Positions 27,480 to 37,643 of a stretch of DNA of 56,996 bases are shown here, in pieces (within the stretch, counting starts at the first letter, position 1; every line of letters starts with the position of its first letter). The notes under the pieces were generated by a model. The model did no database searches and was not told the DNA's origin. It saw nothing but the letters and a program-made list of their open reading frames with translations. This stretch comes from an uncultured virus (IMG/VR IMGVR_UViG_3300044843_001102) (lineage: Duplodnaviria > Heunggongvirae > Uroviricota > Caudoviricetes). A program made the translations under genes and the position numbers. Location: the IMG/VR virus record IMGVR_UViG_3300044843_001102; one strand, 5' to 3'.

Positions 27480-28654
27480 AGTTTTTTCATATCTCCATAA
27501 TTTTTACCAATCTTTTTTGTAATCATAAATTTACCAAAGTCTGTGTTCGAGAACACATTACATATATCTTTTACAAGATTCTTTTCTTCTACAGACATAT
27601 CAATCACAACTGAGTCGTGAATCAAGAATTTAACAAAGGATTTCTTACCTTTTAAGAGATTATTTACCTCAACCATTCTCCGCAAGAAGCAGTCAGAAGC
27701 GGTGCTCTGTATGATGTAATTTAAGGCGTGTTCTTTGTCTGCTTTTATTTCTCTGCCGTAATGGTTTTTAACCAAGCAACCATCATAGTATTTACTCTTT
27801 ACAAGATTTTTATCATAGAAAAATTTGATCTTCTTCTCTTGTAGAGGGGGTAGTGTAGTAGTACCTCTCTCATCATACATCCATGCTAGGAACTTCTTCT
27901 TTGCTCCGTCTCTGCTGGTTCCAATTAAGATATTGTCCTTGTTCCATTCGTGTAGATCCGTATTTGGTTGTTTTTTTCCGTTGAGGGCAAGAAGAATTCT
28001 TGGTTCAAAAGCATTAAAATCAAGTTCCAGCAAGAAATCATTGTTCGGCTCAACAATGCAACGAAGATTCTTGTTCATTGTTAGAATTGGAAAACTATCC
28101 TGTTCTGTCGAAAGACGACCGGTAATTGTTCCAAACATGTTGTATTTAACTTTCTTCTTCATTTTGCTTGCATTGCGGATCTCTCCAATGACAGGCAAAT
28201 TTTTCATCTCAATCTTTATCTCCTTTTCAGAGATTTCATAAATCATCTTGTTAAGATTGTAGAGAAAGTCATAATTATCTGGTCTTTTCTTTGTTTCAAA
28301 TATCTCTTTCATAATCAAAGAGCGGACAGAAAAAAGTTCATGAACAAAAGTAATTGGAACAAGATCAAAGAAGCAATTTTCTTTTAAATTTACTTGTGCT
28401 GTAATAAAAGACTTCATAAATGCTTTCAAACGAGATCTAAGAGACAAGTATCTTTCTCTAAGTTCGTGAGAGCAAGCATCTTCAATATTCTTTGTGCCAG
28501 CATAAAGGCAGGCAAGTTCCATTTGTCTGTTCTCAAATGTTGGTGAATAATCCCAAGTATGCGTTGGATTTTCTAAAGAAGCATAGTCGCTGATATTTCC
28601 ATCAACGAAGCAACTATTACAATTCTGTTTTGAGTCAACTAGTTCAAAAAGCAT
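27476..28654 (-). CDS. Minimal family A DNA polymerase domain
   Basis: TGRLS, motif A DFNAFEPR, motif B RDGAKKKFLAWMY, NYIIQSTASD, motif C IHDS. Confidence 0.85.
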   Translation of the reverse strand: MLFELVDSKQNCNSCFVDGNISDYASLENPTHTWDYSPTFENRQMELACLYAGTKNIEDACSHELRERYLSLRSRLKAFMKSFITAQVNLKENCFFDLVPITFVHELFSVRSLIMKEIFETKKRPDNYDFLYNLNKMIYEISEKEIKIEMKNLPVIGEIRNASKMKKKVKYNMFGTITGRLSTEQDSFPILTMNKNLRCIVEPNNDFLLELDFNAFEPRILLALNGKKQPNTDLHEWNKDNILIGTSRDGAKKKFLAWMYDERGTTTLPPLQEKKIKFFYDKNLVKSKYYDGCLVKNHYGREIKADKEHALNYIIQSTASDCFLRRMVEVNNLLKGKKSFVKFLIHDSVVIDMSVEEKNLVKDICNVFSNTDFGKFMITKKIGKNYGDMKKL

Positions 28655-28663
28655 GGCACCATC

Positions 28664-29992
28664 TTAGGGCATCTTTTCTTTCTCGTCAAGTTCGTAGAGC
28701 GAAGGGTTGCGATAAGCAAGGGTTCCAATGTTGTCTGTATAATATTTAACAGCAAAAATAACTGAATTTTGTAAACCCTGTTCTTTTTCTAAACTTTTGT
28801 ATAATTCAATAGATTGCTTTGTAAGTTCCTGTAGTTTTTCTTTATTAACAGAATATTTCAACTCTATATTTCTCATTCTTAAGTATAGTTCTAGGTATTT
28901 ATCTACACTTAAAGTAGGCATTAAACCTCTTTGAATCTCTTTTACTGTTGCTTTTCCACACTCATTTATAGAATAAAATTTAAAAGTTGGGAAACTTTCT
29001 ATAAAAGATTTATAAAAAGAATTGATTAGGTTTATAAATTCTTGAAAATAAACAAAAGAAACTTCATCGTATGGTATTGCTCTTGCATAATAGAAGTCAA
29101 AGAAGTCTTGAATATTTTTATAGTGTGGCAAATACTGTGTTATGCTACTTTGAAAGTTAGATATATTAAATTTATTATTAAAATTATTTCTATTTGGAGT
29201 GGTTCTAACGTCAACGTAAACTCTCCAGGGTTTTTCTCTGTCTAACTTAAGATTATTTCTTGCACATAGTTCAATAAAAGATGGGAAGTTTACATCATTA
29301 ACAAATTCTTCTCTTAATGGATCATTTGAAGAATCTCCATTATATATTTCAACTGCTAAACCAGAATGTAGCAAAGAATAATCAGTTGATTCAACATATC
29401 CTGCTCTTGTAAAATATAAATTATTAAAAGAAATATAGTTTTCTAATTCATTAATAAAATCGTCAAAATTTTTAATTTTGTTAGATGCGTTTGTTGACCA
29501 CAGTTTTGATAATTTTGAATTTTGACTTACAACCTCGTAATTAAAAAATTGATTATATAACTGTTTTACTTTATTATAATATTCAACATCTCCATCAATA
29601 TGTCCTTTTACTGGTGGTATTGTCTTTTTAAAGAATTTTGAATTTTTATTTATTGCTCCGAGAGCATAATAATCCTCATATTGTTCTCTAAAAGAATTAT
29701 AAAAATTTATTGCTGGTTGAACTAAAAAAACTCTATTTGGGTCTTTCGTATAAGAACAAAAAGTAACCAAACCCATTTTTGGCATAATGGGTATGCCAAG
29801 AGTATCTACTTTGCCATAAAGAGGAATTACGTTCCAAGAGTCTATAAAGTATTCTGCGTATAAGGATGGCAAATCTGGATCTGAATAAGAAAATTTAGGA
29901 CGCTCACCTCCATCTTTTGAAAATCCTAACCAAGATGGACCATAAACATCATAATCTTTTCTTGCATTAAATTTATCTTTTAACTGACCCAA
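28664..29992 (-). CDS. Hypothetical protein at the end of the baseplate operon
   Basis: Long AT-rich ORF with TTG start 3 nt after the upstream stop. Confidence 0.55.
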   Translation of the reverse strand: MGQLKDKFNARKDYDVYGPSWLGFSKDGGERPKFSYSDPDLPSLYAEYFIDSWNVIPLYGKVDTLGIPIMPKMGLVTFCSYTKDPNRVFLVQPAINFYNSFREQYEDYYALGAINKNSKFFKKTIPPVKGHIDGDVEYYNKVKQLYNQFFNYEVVSQNSKLSKLWSTNASNKIKNFDDFINELENYISFNNLYFTRAGYVESTDYSLLHSGLAVEIYNGDSSNDPLREEFVNDVNFPSFIELCARNNLKLDREKPWRVYVDVRTTPNRNNFNNKFNISNFQSSITQYLPHYKNIQDFFDFYYARAIPYDEVSFVYFQEFINLINSFYKSFIESFPTFKFYSINECGKATVKEIQRGLMPTLSVDKYLELYLRMRNIELKYSVNKEKLQELTKQSIELYKSLEKEQGLQNSVIFAVKYYTDNIGTLAYRNPSLYELDEKEKMP

Positions 29993-29995
29993 CTT

Positions 29996-32572
29996 TTATT
30001 CTCCTGATTTTTTAGAAGTTTTATCATCTTTTTTCGCTAACTGACCATTAGTTGGAACTCCATTGCTTGTCGCGGAATCTGTTGTATCACTCATTAACTT
30101 GTTAATATATTCTATCGGACTATTCACATTTACATCTAGTTGACCTGTGATTTTACCATTATCACTTGGATTTGGAGTAACTTGATTTTTAACTTTATTT
30201 ATTTCTGGTGAATATGTCCAAACACACTCTGCAGTTGTATCATATGTTAAATCTTGACTAATTTGATCAGTTGTAGAGAGAACTCTATAGTAACCTGCGA
30301 TTCCCGGATCTGTTTCTGTGGTTTCGAGACCAAGAGCTTTAAGTGGTACGCAGACATAAGAGTTATATGAAAAAGTGTTATTACCAATCATATTTATGCT
30401 CATTCGATAATAATATATTAATACTTTTGAAACACTATTTGCTAATGATTCATAATAATACGCGCTAGCTATTTTTGAATTATCTGTAGCAGAAAAATCT
30501 GCATTTTTTATTAATCCACCATCTGCTCCAAATTTTATATGTAAAATACCTTTTTTATTATCTTTTATTTCATCATAAAAAAATTGTGATGAATTATTGT
30601 TTATTGTTGGAGCCTGCAAGTTAGAACTAAAACTGTTTATTTGAGTGATATAAATTAAAGCATTAGGATTGTTTTCTGATACTTGTGGTGTTATTTTAGA
30701 ACAAAATGTTCTTAATGTTTCATCTGAATCTTTAAAATATAAATCATCTTTTAAACTTTGTTGTATGTCGTTTGTTAAGAAGAAATTCTTAAAAAGAACT
30801 GTAGATGCTGAATTGGTATTTATTAATTTGTTTCTATGTAAAATTCTTGGAATTAGATCATTTACTATATCACTAACGAATGCTCCAAATGAATACTCTC
30901 TTTTGTCTTTACTTAAACAATTTTCATAATACCATTTTTTAAAAGTCTCCGCTTCTACTAAAAGATCTCCAATGTTTATTGAAGCAGTTTTATTATTTAT
31001 GGTTGTATATGAATTTCCTAAAAGTATATAAGGGACATCTCTTTTTTCTTCTTCACATAAAAAAGAATAAGCAGCTGCTATCAAAGATCTAAGAGGAAAA
31101 AATTGAAATTGTCCAAATATTTTATTTCCATCACCTGTATTAGAATTTCCAGGAGTATTGGTTATTTTATTAAATAATTCTTGTTTTTTTGGAAAATCTT
31201 TAAAATCATCTAAATTATATACGCTTTCATATTCTCGTAGTTCTAACAGACTCCCGTCAGTTGGTTTAACTAAACTCAAATTACAAGTAACGGTTGTTAG
31301 ATTCTTATCTTTCTTGGACTTAAATTTAATAGAAAATAATTGTCCTTGTTCTTTTATTTTATCTAAAAATATTGTTGTAAAATTGTTTCTAAGTTCTATT
31401 CTTAAATTTTCTAGTTTTACATTAATTTCAGAAAGAGTTTCTTTATTCCTTTCTCTAAGTTCTTTTAATTGTTGATTTTTACCACTATCTTTCAGTTCAT
31501 ATTCTTTTGCTAGTATTTCTAAATTTTTTTCATTTGCTAGTCTTTTTTGATTATGATAATTCTCTAAAAGTGTTTTATAATTTTCAGTACTCGTTACTTT
31601 TGAAGAATCACAAGGTATATAAACTGTATTTGGTTTAAGCAATCTTGCTCTACCTATATCAAGATAAGTTACAGAAAGACCTATTCTTCCATCGCTGTTA
31701 AAGTTAAAATTATGATTAATTTTGTTTAAATAAAGAACTTTTTTTTCTTTCTTTTCTATAATATCTTTTAAATCTTTATCTTTTACATAATCATTAAATC
31801 CGTCTGAAACTTTTTTACCGTATTCAAGTTTAACAATTTCTCTGGAAATATCAAAACTTGTAAAAAGTTTCATAAAATTAAAACCAAAAGGAAAAGTTTG
31901 CTTATTCACTTCTTCGTTTTCTGCAACAGAACCATTTTCTTTCATTTCTCTGGTTAATATTTTCATATTACCAAAAAAGAAATTAATAGTAACTTTTGAG
32001 TTTACATGAGTAACTACATTAAATTCGTTTGATACGTTTATAGATTTGATACCACTTCCTTCTGTTCTTGGAAAGCCAGATTTATTTTCTCCTAAAATAA
32101 AATCTTTATCAAATATTTGAGTAAAAGGAAAATCTATAAATGTATAATTTTCTTCTTTTGCATTTCTCTTAAATCCGTAAGACAATCTCATGTAACTTTG
32201 TATAAACGCTAATTCATATGGTTTAGCAGAGGACATAAATCTTAAATATTTTTCATGTTCTGCTTGAGTTAATGTAGAGTCTGATAAAGTTTGATCTAAA
32301 TCTATTTTATCAAGATGATTTGCATTTATAGATATTATTTTTTCTTCATCTACGTAATTTCTTCTAGATAAAAAATTATTAAACTCTGCTATATTGTTAA
32401 ATTTTTGTTCTAGCAATTTATAGGTTTTCTCTGAAAACTTTTTATCATAAAACAAATTTGCTTCTATAGATCTCTTCGGAGTTCTTGGAATAAAAGGAGT
32501 AATAAAGTCCGTTAACCAACCTTGATGATTTAAATTACCTACTGGAAAATATATGTTAAGGGAATTGCTCAT
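29996..32572 (-). CDS. Putative baseplate hub (gp27/GpD-like)
   Basis: Position after the LysM/gp53-like gene; C-terminal MIGN...GIAGYY.V....DQI...YDT pattern. Confidence 0.55.
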   Translation of the reverse strand: MSNSLNIYFPVGNLNHQGWLTDFITPFIPRTPKRSIEANLFYDKKFSEKTYKLLEQKFNNIAEFNNFLSRRNYVDEEKIISINANHLDKIDLDQTLSDSTLTQAEHEKYLRFMSSAKPYELAFIQSYMRLSYGFKRNAKEENYTFIDFPFTQIFDKDFILGENKSGFPRTEGSGIKSINVSNEFNVVTHVNSKVTINFFFGNMKILTREMKENGSVAENEEVNKQTFPFGFNFMKLFTSFDISREIVKLEYGKKVSDGFNDYVKDKDLKDIIEKKEKKVLYLNKINHNFNFNSDGRIGLSVTYLDIGRARLLKPNTVYIPCDSSKVTSTENYKTLLENYHNQKRLANEKNLEILAKEYELKDSGKNQQLKELRERNKETLSEINVKLENLRIELRNNFTTIFLDKIKEQGQLFSIKFKSKKDKNLTTVTCNLSLVKPTDGSLLELREYESVYNLDDFKDFPKKQELFNKITNTPGNSNTGDGNKIFGQFQFFPLRSLIAAAYSFLCEEEKRDVPYILLGNSYTTINNKTASINIGDLLVEAETFKKWYYENCLSKDKREYSFGAFVSDIVNDLIPRILHRNKLINTNSASTVLFKNFFLTNDIQQSLKDDLYFKDSDETLRTFCSKITPQVSENNPNALIYITQINSFSSNLQAPTINNNSSQFFYDEIKDNKKGILHIKFGADGGLIKNADFSATDNSKIASAYYYESLANSVSKVLIYYYRMSINMIGNNTFSYNSYVCVPLKALGLETTETDPGIAGYYRVLSTTDQISQDLTYDTTAECVWTYSPEINKVKNQVTPNPSDNGKITGQLDVNVNSPIEYINKLMSDTTDSATSNGVPTNGQLAKKDDKTSKKSGE

Positions 32573-32574
32573 AT

Positions 32575-32919
32575 TTAAAATCCATATAAATTTAATACGA
32601 TATCAAGTGGTAAAGGTATATTGACAGTATCACCAACTTTTAAATCTGCTTCTGTTCCTAATTTATTAAACAATGCTATTAACCACCAATATTGTGAGTC
32701 ACCATAATATTTAAATGAAAGCTTGTATAATCTTTTACCTAACGCCCATGTTTCTGTTGCATAAGTAACGTTTAATAATTCTTCATCAGTTGGTTGTTTT
32801 ATTGTGGTTGTCGTATATTGAACAAGACCAGTTGGACCAAATCTACTAGAAAAAACTTTCTTATAGTCTTCATCGATATTTTTTGTTTTATCTGTTTTTC
32901 TATATCTAGATATTGCCAT
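32575..32919 (-). CDS. Baseplate wedge protein, gp53/LysM-like
   Basis: RLYKLSFKYYGDSQYWWLIALFN...LKVGD.VNIP. Confidence 0.8.
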   Translation of the reverse strand: MAISRYRKTDKTKNIDEDYKKVFSSRFGPTGLVQYTTTTIKQPTDEELLNVTYATETWALGKRLYKLSFKYYGDSQYWWLIALFNKLGTEADLKVGDTVNIPLPLDIVLNLYGF

Positions 32920-33593
32920 TATCTAACCGCCTGTAATATATTAATGGGATTTGTTACGGGTTCGTTTCCGTTTGCTGATTTAACATAGCCTGGTAAAAAA
33001 CTGTGTAAAACTGTCAACGAAAAATTAAGAGAATAAAGTTTCGGATATACTTCAAATCCATTTCCTCTAGCAAAAACACCTTTTGTTAAATCGTGTGATA
33101 TTGACAAACCTCTTTCAAAATAACCCAACAAATAAGTTTTATCCTTTGAATCGTATATCAGATTAGAGAAAAAAACTGCAACTAATGGAGGAGATGCTAT
33201 TATATTTGTTGTATCACTATATTTCTGATATATTGGATATGTATTTTTAACTAATATATTTAATTTTTTTGCAATTTCCTGGGAGTGAGCAAGGCCATTT
33301 GATGGGATTGAAAGATCAAATGATATTGTTCTTGATGTTCCTTGGTATACTGGTATTGGATCCATTCTACCGTAAACTTTTTCCGAATTAAAATTGGTAT
33401 TGTAACTATCGTCTACTTTGCTGGTATAAGCAGGGAATGATACAGAATTTTCTTCAGGATTATTATTGTTTGGAAATTTAAAAACAATGTTATATCCGAG
33501 CATTTTATTCCGAATATTATTTTCATAATTTGGAGCAAATTTGCTGGATGTATCTTGACCTATTATTTTTTCTATATCAAATTCTAATGCCAT
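32919..33593 (-). CDS. Tail-tube initiator / baseplate tube-like protein
   Basis: YGRMDPIPVYQGTSRTISFDL, PPLV; follows the tape measure gene. Confidence 0.65.
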   Translation of the reverse strand: MALEFDIEKIIGQDTSSKFAPNYENNIRNKMLGYNIVFKFPNNNNPEENSVSFPAYTSKVDDSYNTNFNSEKVYGRMDPIPVYQGTSRTISFDLSIPSNGLAHSQEIAKKLNILVKNTYPIYQKYSDTTNIIASPPLVAVFFSNLIYDSKDKTYLLGYFERGLSISHDLTKGVFARGNGFEVYPKLYSLNFSLTVLHSFLPGYVKSANGNEPVTNPINILQAVR

Positions 33594-33605
33594 ATATTTT
33601 TATCC

Positions 33606-35312
33606 TTATTGACCTGTTGTTGCGCTTTGAACGCTTTCACCCGCGAGAATTTTACCAAGCTTAGGTAGCATATTTGCAACAACTTCGCTTGCTTTGGCGG
33701 ACATTTTTGTTGCATCAGTCATATCTCTAATAGGAGTATTTAACACATCTCCCACTGCACTACCAAATGCCTTTATGGATTCACCTGATATTTTTGCAAC
33801 TCCTTCAACATTTCTCCTTGCAATTTTGTCTAAAAGTCCATCTAAACCACCTATCATTTTATATACTTGAGAAACTTGGTTAATATTCATCTGTTGTTCT
33901 CTTCTCATTCCGTCTGCCAAATACTTAACTGCTTCAGTTGTCTCGAATAAAGCATCTCTTACCTCTTGTAGGTCTTTTGTTGTGGATAGACTTACTGCTA
34001 ATTTTTGTCTATCTTCTGACGTATAAGATTCTAATGTTGGTTTTGTCTCCAAAGCAGCTGTTTTTGCTCTAATATATTCCTGATTACCTGATAAAGTTGC
34101 AGCCGCGTCTTGAACTGACGTTCCTAGAAGACCAGCAAATTGAGATGCTATTTGTCTTTTTGCTGTTTCTGACGTAAATGTTCCATAAGTTTCTCCCGCT
34201 TTTGCCATTGCTTCTGATAGTAATTTTTGTTTTTCTTCTGGACTTGCTTCAAGAAACGCTTGTGGATCTATTGAAGCGCCAAATTGCATAAGAAGTCTAT
34301 TTATTTTTCCTATCTTTTCATAACCAGATGCAATGTCATCAAACTCTTGCATGTTGCTTATTACTTTTGAATATTCAACACCAGTTCTTTTTGCATATGC
34401 TTCTAAACTAGAAAAGGCTTGCAATGCTCTCTCTGAGGACATTGTTGCAAAATAATCTAATTGACCATTAAACGCTTGAAAAACCTTGCTTGCATCTTGC
34501 CCTGTTTTCTGGGCAAATCTAATAATAGAATCAGAAAATTTATTTGCTCCGACAACTCCTTCTCCAAAAGCGTCATTAACTAAATTAACAACCTTTGCTG
34601 ATTCTCCCATCTCAATTCCAAATTTTTTATTAAATGCCAACAATTCTTGGATAGACTTTCTATTATTATCAAAAGAAGTTGTAGATTCCTGATTTACTTT
34701 TATAGATGAATTAATTTGAGCCACAGCTTCCGCTGCTGCATCTTTAAGCGACGTATAAGAAATCCCCATCATTTTTAATTCATCTGCTTGTTTTCTAAGG
34801 TTTGTAATTACTTGTTCTTCTTGACCAAGTTTGTTCATTCTGACTTCAAACTCTTGAGCAGATTGAGCAGCGGCAGTCATGAGGGGAGCAAGATTTTTAA
34901 ACGCAGTTCCAAATTTACCAGTTACCAGTTCACCTAATGATGCAATAATTTTTGTTTCTTTTTCTGTAACAGCCGCTAAAGTATTGATTCCTGCGCTTAA
35001 ATTTCTAATTTCTAAAGCAGCTTCTTTTCCAAACTTTGGTAAATTAGTCTCAACAGCATCTGCAAATAATTTTAATTTTAAAGTTGTTGTAGCAAGACTT
35101 ATCGCTCCGGCGTTGCTTGCTTCACTAAATTTTTCAAGAGCATCTGTTAATGGTATAAGTGTTTGAGCGCCCGCACCTGCTTTTTGTATAGCATCACCAT
35201 ATCCTTCTGTTGCAGTTACAGTAGCTTTACTAAGAACGCTTTTAACAAAATCAACAATTGTATCTGCTAATTCACTACCGGTTGCTGGTGGAGTTGCTGG
35301 TGGAGTTGCCAT
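33606..35312 (-). CDS. Tape measure protein
   Basis: Ala-rich helical sequence in the canonical position after the tail chaperones. Confidence 0.65.
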   Translation of the reverse strand: MATPPATPPATGSELADTIVDFVKSVLSKATVTATEGYGDAIQKAGAGAQTLIPLTDALEKFSEASNAGAISLATTTLKLKLFADAVETNLPKFGKEAALEIRNLSAGINTLAAVTEKETKIIASLGELVTGKFGTAFKNLAPLMTAAAQSAQEFEVRMNKLGQEEQVITNLRKQADELKMMGISYTSLKDAAAEAVAQINSSIKVNQESTTSFDNNRKSIQELLAFNKKFGIEMGESAKVVNLVNDAFGEGVVGANKFSDSIIRFAQKTGQDASKVFQAFNGQLDYFATMSSERALQAFSSLEAYAKRTGVEYSKVISNMQEFDDIASGYEKIGKINRLLMQFGASIDPQAFLEASPEEKQKLLSEAMAKAGETYGTFTSETAKRQIASQFAGLLGTSVQDAAATLSGNQEYIRAKTAALETKPTLESYTSEDRQKLAVSLSTTKDLQEVRDALFETTEAVKYLADGMRREQQMNINQVSQVYKMIGGLDGLLDKIARRNVEGVAKISGESIKAFGSAVGDVLNTPIRDMTDATKMSAKASEVVANMLPKLGKILAGESVQSATTGQ

Positions 35313-35333
35313 TATTTATCCCTCTATTATTAA

Positions 35334-35501
35334 TTATTCTCTTTCTAAATTTTTTGATTTTTCTTCTATCCATTTTTGAAAAAACCAATTTCTAAGAACA
35401 ATTGGTAAAATATATACTTCTTCAAAAGACCAATTCATATATGTTTTCATATAATAAATTTTTTCATAGAGAGCATTTATATATTCAGTAGGAAGATACA
35501 T
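35334..35501 (-). CDS. Small tail/baseplate assembly chaperone (gp51/GT-like)
   Basis: YEKIYYMK..MNWSFEEVY.LPI..RNWF motif; the frame is also open upstream through a T7 run. Confidence 0.6.
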   Translation of the reverse strand: MYLPTEYINALYEKIYYMKTYMNWSFEEVYILPIVLRNWFFQKWIEEKSKNLERE

Positions 35502-35505
35502 AAAA

Positions 35506-36336
35506 TCATAAGTCCGGCCAAAAAAAGTTCGCCAAAATAGGCACTTCTCCTTCATTCAGAGTAGAACATTCTGAACAATGTTTTGAATATTTAAATTCAA
35601 CATCTGGAGTTAACATTACATATCTTTTCTTTAGGAAAGCAGAGTCTGCAATTGGCATATTTGCAATAAAACTAACAATAAATTCTATGTCCGTATCTCC
35701 ATTTACAGATACAAACATCTGGCGATATCTTGTTAACAGGGATTCTGGTGGTAGATTATTTTTTGATCTTTTTTCTATCGCCTTGGTAATCATTTGCTCG
35801 TCTTCGCTCGTTAAAATTTTTAATTCAACTGTAGCTTTAGACTTTGGAAGAGTTATTAAAATTGTTCCATTTTCTGTAATTTTGCTAAATTCATCTTCTT
35901 TTATTTCTTTAGATTTAACATTCTCTAAGGATTCTTCTTGTTCGTTTAAGTGACCACATTTTGTACAAACAAACGGAAATTTGTATTCTGCTCCATAAGC
36001 ATTCTTTCTTGCATTAATTAATATTGCTGTTTTATCTCCAACTAATAAATCATTTGTTCTAATATTTTTATCTACTAATAATGATTCTATTACTCTATCA
36101 ATAGCAACCCCTTCTTTTTTTAACGATGGAGAAACCAATAAATCTTCTTCTCTCGCTGTCATATATTTAATTTCTAATTTTTCTAAACCGTACAAAGGAG
36201 AATCTTTTGAATAAAATTTTCCCTGAGATGGTAGTTCTACAAAATCAGTTGGAACTTGGTAGAACCCGGCTGGTCTTGAAAAAGGTTGCTGATTACCAAA
36301 GTTATTTGGTAATCCAAATTTATTCACATTACTCAT
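35506..36336 (-). CDS. Baseplate hub assembly / tail assembly chaperone (gp26-like)
   Basis: VELPSQG.FY, MTAREEDLL, GD..AILI.AR..AYG, CTKC/CSEC, C-terminal NFFWP. Confidence 0.75.
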   Translation of the reverse strand: MSNVNKFGLPNNFGNQQPFSRPAGFYQVPTDFVELPSQGKFYSKDSPLYGLEKLEIKYMTAREEDLLVSPSLKKEGVAIDRVIESLLVDKNIRTNDLLVGDKTAILINARKNAYGAEYKFPFVCTKCGHLNEQEESLENVKSKEIKEDEFSKITENGTILITLPKSKATVELKILTSEDEQMITKAIEKRSKNNLPPESLLTRYRQMFVSVNGDTDIEFIVSFIANMPIADSAFLKKRYVMLTPDVEFKYSKHCSECSTLNEGEVPILANFFWPDL

Positions 36337-36348
36337 TTTTACCTCTTA

Positions 36349-37041
36349 TTAGAATACCCCTAGTATTCTTGAAACAGCATCTTCTTCGGCATAAACACCT
36401 CTAAAGCCATAGGATGCCCAATCATAACTTACTTTCACAGAAATTTTAGATATTGTTTCACTGCCGTAACTAAAATTATCTGGTGTAACACTTGTTATGA
36501 ATGCATTATTTAATTTCCAACTTTCATAAGTTTTTCCTTCTGTATCCAATGATCTTATTTCAACAGTTCCCAAAGAATAAGAAAGTTTTTGTTTTGATAA
36601 ATCTAATACAGTTCCTTCCGATGGTCTTCTAGAATAACCATTATTTGGACCATTATTAGCAAAGTTGGAAATATTTTCTCTTATAGTAAATAATGCATTT
36701 GGAAGAACTAGATCTCTATCCCCAGTTCCTATGCCCATCGGACTTGCATAGTAACTTGAATTATATATCTTCTGCATAAAATATCCAAGAGTGGAAGTTA
36801 TTAAATCATCATCAATAATTTGTATTATGTTAAATGTAACTTCACCATTCCAATCTAGTTTAGTTGGATACTTGAATTTATACTCTAACATACTAACAGT
36901 TTCTGTTCCAATTGAAAAGGATGGAGCAGTAACATCTTGTATTAAAGCAGCATCAATGCCTTTTATTCTCAACAAAAAACGATATACTTGTTGAGCCTGT
37001 TTACCATTTGTTAATGAACTTTTATTAGAAAATAGGGGCAT
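36349..37041 (-). CDS. Second tail-tube-fold protein (gp19/gp54-like)
   Basis: YRFLL, P.F, YP..L.W, E.W.L.NAFI, YDWA, all shared with the adjacent tube gene. Confidence 0.7.
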   Translation of the reverse strand: MPLFSNKSSLTNGKQAQQVYRFLLRIKGIDAALIQDVTAPSFSIGTETVSMLEYKFKYPTKLDWNGEVTFNIIQIIDDDLITSTLGYFMQKIYNSSYYASPMGIGTGDRDLVLPNALFTIRENISNFANNGPNNGYSRRPSEGTVLDLSKQKLSYSLGTVEIRSLDTEGKTYESWKLNNAFITSVTPDNFSYGSETISKISVKVSYDWASYGFRGVYAEEDAVSRILGVF

Positions 37042-37053
37042 TCTTACCTCCTA

Positions 37054-37629
37054 TTATTTTGGGAATGCTGGTGGGTTTCCTGAATCGCCTTCTCTTAGTT
37101 CTGCCCAGTCATACTTAAAGGTTACAGAAACTTCGAGTAGTTTTTCGTCATCATAACTTGCAGTTCCAAAATCAACTTTAGAAATCCAAGGATTATTAAG
37201 AACCCATGTTTCAAAAGTTGAACCCTCGGAATTTAATCTTTGTATTTTAATTTGCTTGAAGGGAAACTTTGCTTTTGAAATTGTTTTCTTATAGAATTCT
37301 GGACTCGTTGATGATTCACTGAAATTAGATGGATAAACATAACCAGCTTTTCTAATGTGATCGATGAACTTTTGAGCCATGTTATAGTCAATTGTATCAA
37401 CCAACTTAATTGTAATATCACCTTCCCATTTCACACCACCAGGAAACTTAAATTCATGTCCAAGGAACTTATGTGTTCCACCATCATTAATTGTTAAAGA
37501 TGGAACTCCTGTTGATTTTACAAAATAAGATGGAATTTCATTTAGATATAAAATAAATCTATATGATCTTTTTGGATCAAGACCTGATGCATCTGCTGCC
37601 CAAATTGGTTTAACTGGTGGCTGTGCCAT
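37054..37629 (-). CDS. Tail tube protein (gp19-like)
   Basis: PKRSYRFIL, FPGGVKW, ETWVL.NPWI..VDFG...Y, YDWA; directly after the sheath gene. Confidence 0.85.
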   Translation of the reverse strand: MAQPPVKPIWAADASGLDPKRSYRFILYLNEIPSYFVKSTGVPSLTINDGGTHKFLGHEFKFPGGVKWEGDITIKLVDTIDYNMAQKFIDHIRKAGYVYPSNFSESSTSPEFYKKTISKAKFPFKQIKIQRLNSEGSTFETWVLNNPWISKVDFGTASYDDEKLLEVSVTFKYDWAELREGDSGNPPAFPK

Positions 37630-37643
37630 ATATTACTCTCCTA

